This document shows positions 1 to 7,193 of a stretch of DNA of 24,449 bases, one piece after another (position 1 is the stretch's first letter; each line of letters opens with the position of its first letter). Source of the DNA: a virus. Its lineage: Duplodnaviria > Caudoviricetes. A model generated the notes under the pieces. It saw only the letters and a program-made list of their open reading frames with translations. It did no database searches and was not told the DNA's origin. Location of the stretch: positions 1 to 24,449 of IMG/VR virus record IMGVR_UViG_3300035394_000175; one strand, written 5' to 3'. A program made the translations under genes and the position numbers.

Positions 1-128
1 CTTTATAAAGTTTTTTATATAACTTTGAGGATTTTAATTTTGATGTCTTGGATGTTGAATGGATTCCAGGGTTGGGTTTTTTTAGTATCCCCTTTTGCAA
101 CTTCAGTATTTGATTTTATTTTTGCCAT
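1..128 (-). pseudogene. Small basic phage protein, apparently frameshifted, running off the window edge
   Basis: ATG at 128 gives MAKIKSNTEVAKGDTKK and stops after 37 codons. A +1 frame continues KKPNPGIHSTSKTSKLKSSKLYKKLYK to the window end, which resembles a small basic phage protein family from recall. Confidence 0.45.
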
Positions 129-129
129 A

Positions 130-501
130 TTACATTTGAGTTATGTTTTGTGGATTTACTGTAAAAGATTTAACCCCCTCAACGCGTTTAATACTATTGA
201 TTATATCTTGAATTTTTTCTCTACTAAAACCACCATGTCTTATAAATGGGTATCCATCTATTTTTAAATTCAATATCACTTTTAAATTATCATTTTCCTG
301 TGAATATACACCATCTAAATCCACCGTAGATACAATAGTTACTCCAGTAAGTGATCTGATATCTGAGAGTATTTCTTGTTGTGGGCGAATTGTAGTATCT
401 GTAATGATAATACCTTTAACTTTATATTTGTCAACGTATTCTTCATTTAGAGTTTTCTTTAACTCTTCTTGGATCAGAGATCTTAGGTTATTTATTTTCA
501 T
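130..501 (-). CDS. Hypothetical phage protein, possible ACT/ferredoxin-like fold
   Basis: 123-aa ORF with two similar segments (ILSDIRSLTGVTIV and IINSIKRVEGVKSF) and an N-terminal LRSLIQEELKKTLNE helix. Confidence 0.75.
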   Translation of the reverse strand: MKINNLRSLIQEELKKTLNEEYVDKYKVKGIIITDTTIRPQQEILSDIRSLTGVTIVSTVDLDGVYSQENDNLKVILNLKIDGYPFIRHGGFSREKIQDIINSIKRVEGVKSFTVNPQNITQM

Positions 502-554
502 ATTTTAGACAATTGTTCTTTAATTAAAATATGTAATAGAGATAATTTTATATT

Positions 555-1229
555 CTATATTGATTTTAACATTTTAATCATTCTTGGACATGGATATATA
601 TCAATTTTATCTTTACGATATGAATTATGGGTATATAATCCTTTATCACCTTTAAGAGCGGGGACATTCACTTTAAACATTTTATCATAATCATATAATA
701 ATGGGATATGATATATATTTTTCCAATATATTAGTATATTTTTAATAGATTCTATTTGAGCGTCTGAGTATTTATGGAAATATTTGTATCCTTTATATGG
801 TTCATCTAATGTTGTTATTTGATCTGCAGGGATTTCTCTATCTACATAATTTATGAATTTTCCATTTTCATATTCTAATTGACCCCAGTTACATATTTCT
901 ATTCCTATTGATGTTTTATCTAAGATTTGATGTTTCACTCCATATGCTTTAAATATATCACTTTTAATACCTAAATGATATGCCCAAAATCGAGAGGAAA
1001 AACCTTGTACTATTTCTCCATCATATGAATTTTTAGATCCAGGCCCAGAAATAGAGATACAAGTCGCTATCCTACCTCTTGTATCTCTATTCCAATCAGT
1101 AAATACATTAACTGCAGAAGAATTCCCTGCAGTATGATGTAATACAATTTGATTTTTTATATATTCCTCTTTAAAATATTCTGTTTCTTTAAGAGGTAAT
1201 TGTTTAATTTTATTAATATCTAAACTCAT
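555..1229 (-). CDS. N-acetylmuramoyl-L-alanine amidase (Amidase_2), probable endolysin
   Basis: IVLHHTAG, SIGIEICNWG and THNSYRKDKIDIYP motifs; overlaps the upstream membrane ORF by 4 nt. Confidence 0.85.
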   Translation of the reverse strand: MSLDINKIKQLPLKETEYFKEEYIKNQIVLHHTAGNSSAVNVFTDWNRDTRGRIATCISISGPGSKNSYDGEIVQGFSSRFWAYHLGIKSDIFKAYGVKHQILDKTSIGIEICNWGQLEYENGKFINYVDREIPADQITTLDEPYKGYKYFHKYSDAQIESIKNILIYWKNIYHIPLLYDYDKMFKVNVPALKGDKGLYTHNSYRKDKIDIYPCPRMIKMLKSI

Positions 1230-1435
1230 ATATCTTCACCTTCTGTAAAAAAGTTAGTTAAAAATTTACCTATAATTCCTACCATAAATAATATTATACC
1301 TACCCAAGAATAATCCATTAAAACTGCAGGTATCCCAATGGCTGATACACCTAATAAAGCATCACCTATTTTTCTCCATGTTTTTGGGGTTGGTAACTCA
1401 TATTTTCGTTTTTTATTTCTTAAAAATTTCAACAT
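1226..1435 (-). CDS. Small two-TM membrane protein, putative holin
   Basis: Basic N-terminus, then hydrophobic IGDALLGVSAIGIPAVLM and WVGIILFMVGIIGKFL; adjacent to the amidase. Start placed at ATG 1435, downstream of the promoter-like motif at 1449-1458. Confidence 0.65.
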   Translation of the reverse strand: MLKFLRNKKRKYELPTPKTWRKIGDALLGVSAIGIPAVLMDYSWVGIILFMVGIIGKFLTNFFTEGEDI

Positions 1436-1548
1436 ATCTATTATTTTATTATAAATATACAAAGAATCTAAAGATTATATTTTATATATGAATTTGCAAT
1501 CTTTTAAAGGGGTTTGATACTTTTATTTTTGTTAATAATCACTTTCAC

Positions 1549-2580
1549 TTATCCATGACAACTAACACATTCATCGTTTCTAGATATATTATCTCCTCTT
1601 AAGATACTTTCACTACGACAGTAGTACAAAGTTTTAATTCCTTCTCTCCAAGCTAACTTATGTACCTCGCTTATATATTTTGGTGTATCTGCAGGATCAA
1701 ATGTTAAATTCAAAGATATAGCTTGATCAATATATTTTTGTCTAATACCATTTTGGCGAATAATTTCGTATGGATTGATTTCTTTAAAAGTCAAGAATAC
1801 TTCTTTTTCTTCAGCAGATAAAATATGATCAGGTAAGCCCATAACGGATCCTTTATCTTTAGCAATTTGTTCCCAAATACTATCGATATTATATCCTTTA
1901 GATTCAAGTAAACGTTCCAATGTTGGATTCTTCTTAATAAATGTACCTTTAGCTGTTTTTAAATTAAATACATTTGCTGGTATTGGTTCAATGGAGGGAG
2001 AAACACCACCTGAGATATTTGCATTTGATACTGTTGGGGCAATTGCTTGGTGATGTGTATGTCTTAAACCTGTACCTTTACACCATTCTGGTTCGCCATA
2101 TAGTTCTGCTTGGTCACGGGAAGCTTTCAATGCTCCTTCTTCAATAAATTGAGACATGATTCGAGTGTAAGAATTTGCTTGTAAACCGGCAAATGGAATA
2201 CCTTTTTCTTGTAGAAACGTATGCCATCCCAAAACACCAATACCAATTGCTCTACCTTTAACTGCTGAGCGGTATGTATTTTCCATGAATTTTACGTTTT
2301 TAGATCTATCGATAAATTCTTGCAATACACCTTCCAAAAACCAACAAGTTAATTCAGGTAAAGTCATTCCGTTTTCAAACTTATAGTCTTTCCATTCATC
2401 CCATCTAGCCAAATTTAAAGAAGATAAACAGCAAATAAATGAATGTAATGGATCTGTGTAAAGTGCTATCTCTGAACAGTTGTGTATTACTACATTGTTT
2501 GCATAAAAGTTTTGATTGCCCTGTACCGTTATATCATATACTGGTTTTTTGCTTTGGAGTTTTGTTATTTTTAATCCCAT
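1549..2580 (-). CDS. nrdA: C-intein fused to the C-terminal half of class I ribonucleotide reductase alpha subunit
   Basis: After VIHN: CSEIAL, ICCLSSLNL, RAIGIGVLG, AIAPTVS, YIDQAISLN, GIKTLYY and C-terminal CVSCHG. Confidence 0.95.
   Translation of the reverse strand: MGLKITKLQSKKPVYDITVQGNQNFYANNVVIHNCSEIALYTDPLHSFICCLSSLNLARWDEWKDYKFENGMTLPELTCWFLEGVLQEFIDRSKNVKFMENTYRSAVKGRAIGIGVLGWHTFLQEKGIPFAGLQANSYTRIMSQFIEEGALKASRDQAELYGEPEWCKGTGLRHTHHQAIAPTVSNANISGGVSPSIEPIPANVFNLKTAKGTFIKKNPTLERLLESKGYNIDSIWEQIAKDKGSVMGLPDHILSAEEKEVFLTFKEINPYEIIRQNGIRQKYIDQAISLNLTFDPADTPKYISEVHKLAWREGIKTLYYCRSESILRGDNISRNDECVSCHG
2479..2580 (-). mobile_element. Split intein C-fragment (34 aa)
   Basis: MGLKITKLQSKKPVYDITVQGNQNFYANNVVIHN, with block F VYDITV..N.NFYAN, terminal His-Asn and +1 Cys at 2476-2478. 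Confidence 0.95.
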
Positions 2581-2583
2581 GTT

Positions 2584-3000
2584 TTAGTTTTCTTTATATT
2601 TCCATTTATAACCGTAAATTGTAGGTCTTTTACCTTTTGCACATTCTCCAATAGCGGCTCCTGTTTTTTTACCTAAATATTGAGCTGCTATAGTTTGTGA
2701 TTCCCATTCTTTAATAAAATTACCACTTAAATCAAATTGCAATACTGCTTTATTATTTTTTCCTATATTGTTTAATCTAGCTTTTTCCTTTGATTCAGAA
2801 GTATGTATTTTGCCTTTCATAGGAGAAACTCTACCTTTATGTCCTTTAGGTTTACCCAAATGAGCCTTTCTTAGATTTTCGCTATGCCATTCAGGTTTTT
2901 TTCTTCCATATGGATAACCTACTCCTTTTCTATTTCTATTATAAAATAATTTAGAGGTAAAAGCATTATAGTAATCTATATAATATTCTTCTACAGATCT
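2584..3000 (-). pseudogene. 5'-truncated GIY-YIG homing endonuclease with NUMOD3/NUMOD1 tail
   Basis: The frame stays open upstream of the called ORF to 3033 with no ATG and reads EEYYIDYYNAFTSKLFYN (end of a GIY-YIG domain). It continues into MKGKIHTSESKEK and VLQFDLSGNFIKEW...GYKWKY. The GIY and YIG motifs are absent. Confidence 0.75.
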
Positions 3001-3010
3001 AAGAAAAAGC

Positions 3011-3285
3011 CTAAGAAAAATTAATATTCCCGTTTAAATTAGGATTCTTTTTAGATAAATATTTAGCTATAAGTAAAATTATGTTTTTGTAATCTTGAGG
3101 AGTTAAATTTTTTTCCATGAAAAGTCATTAGAGGAACCTGTTAAAAATTTAGACATTTGAAATAGTAATTTATCTATATTATCACTATCTATATACCCAG
3201 TATTTCCATCCTGTTGAGTAACTTTAAAGGAATATTCTTTAAGTAATTCTTCTTTAATAATTTGTTTTAATTCTAATTTTTTCAT
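3011..3285 (-). CDS. Hypothetical protein; called ORF 3103-3285, possibly frameshifted at an A7 run and extending to 3011
   Basis: MKKLELKQIIKEELLKE N-terminus; an alternative frame after WKK continues NLTPQDYKNIILLIAKYLSKKNPNLNGNINFS to a TAG at 3011-3013. Confidence 0.55.
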
Positions 3286-3620
3286 TTTAATTGTAATTTT
3301 AATTGGTTTAATTCATGGTTATAAATATGAATAAAATTATTAGAAGATTCAATTACATTGGTTTTATCTGTTAAAACATTATATTCTATTTCACCTACTA
3401 TATTTTCTTCTATAATATTTAAAAACCATATTTTTTGCCATTCTTTTTGAATAAAAATCAATAGATCTTCTTTCTCATTAAATATACAAAAATAATCTCC
3501 TACCTCCAAATTTCTAGTAGATTGACTTTTGGGTAATCCTAAAAATGTACCTTTAGAGGTAGGGATTTTTTCTGTAGAGTGTTGTTTAATAAAAATATTT
3601 ATTTGTTCTTGTATTTCCAT
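3282..3620 (-). CDS. Hypothetical protein
   Basis: 112-aa ATG-started ORF overlapping both neighbours on the coding strand; no recognisable motif. Confidence 0.6.
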   Translation of the reverse strand: MEIQEQINIFIKQHSTEKIPTSKGTFLGLPKSQSTRNLEVGDYFCIFNEKEDLLIFIQKEWQKIWFLNIIEENIVGEIEYNVLTDKTNVIESSNNFIHIYNHELNQLKLQLK

Positions 3621-4219
3621 TTAAATCCTCCTGATGTTTTATGTTTGCCTTTTAAGCACATATTAATTGCTGCTTTTTTTATATTTAATTCTTCTGAAGC
3701 TGTCTTGCAACTTCCCCATTCTTTAATAAAATTACCATTTAAATCAAATTGTAATATAGGGAAACCTATAATTTTATTTTTATAAGTGTGTGCTCTATTA
3801 TTTATAAAATTTTGGCATCTTTTTTTACCTATTTTAGAATTACTTATATTAGTTTTATGATTTTGAGATTTTGGTTTACCTTTTAAAGCTTTACTAATTT
3901 TTCTTTTATGACTCAAATTTTTAGGGCCTCCACCTCTATCATGTAAACTTAAAAACAACATTTTATTCCAATTACCCTTATGTAATTCTAAATAATGTTT
4001 TTTCCATTTTATTTCAATTTTATTTAAATTTTCTATTGAACATTCTTCTATTATTTCAAAAATATGATTACCCCACCCATATTTTTTTAAACTATAATAT
4101 ATTTTAGGTTGTTGTTTACATCTTAAATATTCATATTCTCTTTTTCTTCTATTTACATCTTTAGATGAACCTATATAAATTTTTCCTTTGGGATTTATAA
4201 TTTTGTATATTCCTACCAT
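3599..4219 (-). CDS. GIY-YIG homing endonuclease with NUMOD3 and NUMOD1 domains
   Basis: MVGIYKIINPKGKIYIGSS, FEIIEEC, HKRKISKALKGK, ILQFDLNGNFIKEW...GGFKWKY. Confidence 0.9.
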   Translation of the reverse strand: MVGIYKIINPKGKIYIGSSKDVNRRKREYEYLRCKQQPKIYYSLKKYGWGNHIFEIIEECSIENLNKIEIKWKKHYLELHKGNWNKMLFLSLHDRGGGPKNLSHKRKISKALKGKPKSQNHKTNISNSKIGKKRCQNFINNRAHTYKNKIIGFPILQFDLNGNFIKEWGSCKTASEELNIKKAAINMCLKGKHKTSGGFKWKYKNK

Positions 4220-4257
4220 AATATATTTTGTTATAAATATGGTAAAAACGAGCTTTC

Positions 4258-5370
4258 TTAATAAACAAGTTCATCTTCTTCTGTTAAATGTTGTGCCTCA
4301 ACCCATCCTCTATTTTTTGTCAATATTTTATGTTCATGAGTACATTGTAATTTAAATCCATTTGATTCATCTTCTATTTCTAAAAGTTCTGCATCTGGGT
4401 TTGTCATTCCAAAATTGGTGATAAGTTTATATTCTTTTTCAAGTGTTTCTTGGTTGTAACTTAAAATATATACTTCTGGGTTGGTTTGGAGGGTAAATTC
4501 AAGGTCTTGGATTTCTATTTCTTTTGTTTCTTCTCCAATTTTAATTTGAATTTTTGTATCACCTGTTACACAAATATTTGTCATTGAAACTTTCAAGTTA
4601 TTGTTCTTGTATGCTTGTGGGTTATTATTGTTTACATTATCCTCAAACATCAAATACGGTTCACCTGTTTCTAAACGTGTTTTTAAAATTTCACCCCATA
4701 GTCTTAAAGCACGTGGTTCTTTTTCCTCTAACTTGTTCATAAAATCATCATCGATAACAACACATTGATGCATGTTTAAACATTGACGATTTACATCTCC
4801 TTTTGGGCGACGAATCATTAAAAATTCCTCGATATCTGGGTGGTTAATGTGTAGGTTAACTGATGCTGCTCCTCTTCTAACTGAGCCCTGATTTGTAGCT
4901 AGAATTGTTGAGTCATATATTTTAATCCATGGAACTACACCTTCAGAGGTACCGTTACCCGCGATTTCTTTACCTCTACCTCTAATTCGAGATACACCAA
5001 TTCCAACACCACCACCTTGAGATGATAAACGCATCAATTCAGAATTTGCCATTGCAATTCCCTCAATTGAATCATCTGTATCAATTCCAAAGCATGAAAT
5101 TGGCATACCACGTTCTGTACCTAAATTTGATAAAACAGGAGATGCTAAACAAAGCCAATTTTTTGTCATTGCCTCGTAAAAATATGGTTGTAAATCTTTA
5201 CGTTTTAATCTTTTAGCAGCTGCTCTAGATACTCTTTTAAAAGCATCAAATACATCCTCATCGGGAAGTAGGTATCCTTGAGAGATGATAGATTTTCCAA
5301 TTTCGTCTAACCATAAAGGAAAATTAACTCCAGGTTTCCAATGTAAAATGTTTGTGTTAATTTTGCTCAT
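4258..5370 (-). CDS. nrdA: N-terminal half of class I ribonucleotide reductase alpha subunit fused to an N-intein
   Basis: LASPVLSN, PISCF, GGGVG, NQGSVRRGA, HPDIEEFL, TGEPY and SMTNI, followed by the intein. ATG 5370 is preferred over TTG 5415. No ATP-cone is evident. Confidence 0.95.
   Translation of the reverse strand: MSKINTNILHWKPGVNFPLWLDEIGKSIISQGYLLPDEDVFDAFKRVSRAAAKRLKRKDLQPYFYEAMTKNWLCLASPVLSNLGTERGMPISCFGIDTDDSIEGIAMANSELMRLSSQGGGVGIGVSRIRGRGKEIAGNGTSEGVVPWIKIYDSTILATNQGSVRRGAASVNLHINHPDIEEFLMIRRPKGDVNRQCLNMHQCVVIDDDFMNKLEEKEPRALRLWGEILKTRLETGEPYLMFEDNVNNNNPQAYKNNNLKVSMTNICVTGDTKIQIKIGEETKEIEIQDLEFTLQTNPEVYILSYNQETLEKEYKLITNFGMTNPDAELLEIEDESNGFKLQCTHEHKILTKNRGWVEAQHLTEEDELVY
4261..4572 (-). 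mobile_element. Split intein N-fragment (104 aa)
   Basis: Block A CVTGDTKI, block B TxxH (CTHEHKILT), then RGWVEAQHLTEEDELV and a stop codon. Confidence 0.95.
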
Positions 5371-5452
5371 ATTTATTTGATTTATTTCTGTTTCCAATTT
5401 GATTTGTATACCCAAAGCTTTCTGCTATTTTTGTTGTTTTAAATACTTGTGT
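5371..5452 (-). pseudogene. Remnant 3' end of an HNH endonuclease gene
   Basis: Translates TQVFKTTKIAESFGYTNQIGNRNKSNK, nearly identical to the C-termini of the HNH ORFs at 6438-7133 and 9635-10285. Confidence 0.85.
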
Positions 5453-5478
5453 CTACGTGTAATTTGATAATTTTGTTT

Positions 5479-6432
5479 TTATAAATCGCTCCAGTCCGCA
5501 GTAGATTTAGAATAATCTGTAGAACGAGAAGCAAAAAAGTCTGTGTGACTTTTACCACTTGTTAAATGTCCGAACCATTCCATTGATTTTAATAGATTTG
5601 GATCAATATCGTTATATAGTGGTGGGAATCCAAGCTCTATTAATTTTTGGTTAGCACGTTCTTTAATGAAGTTTTTTAATTGGTCTTTATTTAAACCTTC
5701 AACATCACCCATTTCAAATGCTTTATCTATAAAGTCAAATTCAAGTCTTACTGAGATGTCACAAGCTTCGTATATTGATTGGGATAATTCCAAAGTTTGT
5801 AGATCTGGGTTTTCTTCTAGTAGTGTTCTGAATAGCCAACATCCAGCTTTTGAGTGGAGGGATTCATCGCGTACGCTCCATTCTACAATCTGAGCTGTAC
5901 CTTTCATCATGTTTCGAAGTTGAAAAGACATTAAAATAGCAAATGATGAGAATAAATTAACACCTTCTGTAAACGCTGAAAATATTGCAAGAGATAAAGC
6001 TTTTTCATTTAAGGTATTTCCTGGGAGTTCTACTAAACGATCAATTTTGGCTTTTGCTTCTTCATCTTCCATAAACGCCTCGAAATCATCTAATCCAAGT
6101 TCTTCATTTAAACGAGCATAAGCTTTTGCATGAATTGATTCGAAATCAGCGAATGCACGAGACATTGATTGGATTTCTGGGATTTGGAACCATAAGGATA
6201 CTTTGGTTGACCAATAATCATTTACATGGACTTCGGTTTGTGCAAATGATTTCAAAATATTACCTATTAGATTTTTTTCTGGCTCACTTAATTTAAGTTT
6301 CCAATCATTTAAATCAGATGATAAAGGGACTTCACTAGGAAGCCAGTGAGCGGAATGCTGCTGTTCAAAATAATCATCAGCAATTTGATATTCAAAGGGT
6401 TTATAAAATAAACGAGGTTTTATTAAGGGCAT
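5479..6432 (-). CDS. nrdB: Class I ribonucleotide reductase beta subunit
   Basis: WLPSEV, FAQTE, ESIHAKAY (radical Tyr), FTEGVNLFSSF, RDESLH and HTDFF...DY tail. Confidence 0.95.
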   Translation of the reverse strand: MPLIKPRLFYKPFEYQIADDYFEQQHSAHWLPSEVPLSSDLNDWKLKLSEPEKNLIGNILKSFAQTEVHVNDYWSTKVSLWFQIPEIQSMSRAFADFESIHAKAYARLNEELGLDDFEAFMEDEEAKAKIDRLVELPGNTLNEKALSLAIFSAFTEGVNLFSSFAILMSFQLRNMMKGTAQIVEWSVRDESLHSKAGCWLFRTLLEENPDLQTLELSQSIYEACDISVRLEFDFIDKAFEMGDVEGLNKDQLKNFIKERANQKLIELGFPPLYNDIDPNLLKSMEWFGHLTSGKSHTDFFASRSTDYSKSTADWSDL

Positions 6433-6437
6433 ATTTG

Positions 6438-7133
6438 TTATATTAATTTATTACTTTTATTTCTATTTCCAATTTGATTTACATATCCAAAACTTTCTGC
6501 TATTTCTGTGGTTTTAAATAATGGTTGGGTATTTTGATAGTTAAATGCTTCATATGTATTTTTTTCTTGAGTTAAATTAAAAGAGGAAAGAGGGATTTTA
6601 TGATCGATTTCCCAAATTATTCCATAATTTTCCCATCTCATATTTTGTAAAAACATATTTTCTAAATATACAATATATTCTTTAATAGAGCAACCTAAAT
6701 ATTCAATAGTAGATTCACTTTTTTTTTCTTTTAAATGGTAATTTATTATACTTCCTACAGAATCTTTTATTTTATATTCTATATCATTTTGTCTTTTTTG
6801 TTTAACATATTCTCTATCATATTCCCTTCTTTTATTTTTATTTTCAGGATTTAACATATGTTTTTGGAATGCATTTTTTTTAATTTCTTTATGTCTTTCT
6901 TGGTTATTTTGGATCCAATTTTGGGTAGTTTTTACTAATTTTTCTTTATTCGATTTATTCCATTCTCTACATTTAGCGTATCGAGTTTCTTTATTAGCTA
7001 ATGTATATTGTTTATCATATTCTTTTTTACAATTTTTACATATACTTTCAAATCCATCTTTGGATTGTTTTCTTTGGTGAAAATTGATAGAATTAACTTC
7101 AAATACATTTTTGCATTTTATACAAGATTTCAT
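6438..7133 (-). CDS. HNH homing endonuclease with N-terminal Cys4 zinc finger
   Basis: CIKC...CKNC, helical repeats, YLGCSIKE, WENYG.IWEIDHKIP, NTQPL and GNRNKSNK. Confidence 0.85.
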   Translation of the reverse strand: MKSCIKCKNVFEVNSINFHQRKQSKDGFESICKNCKKEYDKQYTLANKETRYAKCREWNKSNKEKLVKTTQNWIQNNQERHKEIKKNAFQKHMLNPENKNKRREYDREYVKQKRQNDIEYKIKDSVGSIINYHLKEKKSESTIEYLGCSIKEYIVYLENMFLQNMRWENYGIIWEIDHKIPLSSFNLTQEKNTYEAFNYQNTQPLFKTTEIAESFGYVNQIGNRNKSNKLI

Positions 7134-7193
7134 AGTATTATTTTATTATACATGTTGAAAAAATATATTAAAGTCGCTATCCAATGTATAAGC

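Noticed and set aside
2581-4257. Group I or II intron interrupting nrdA
   Set aside because: The spacer is filled with ORFs and shows no intron core elements. Both halves have proper intein termini plus their own stop and start codons.
5371-5415. TTG-initiated N-terminal extension of nrdA
   Set aside because: This stretch is an HNH remnant in another frame; ATG 5370 is the better start.
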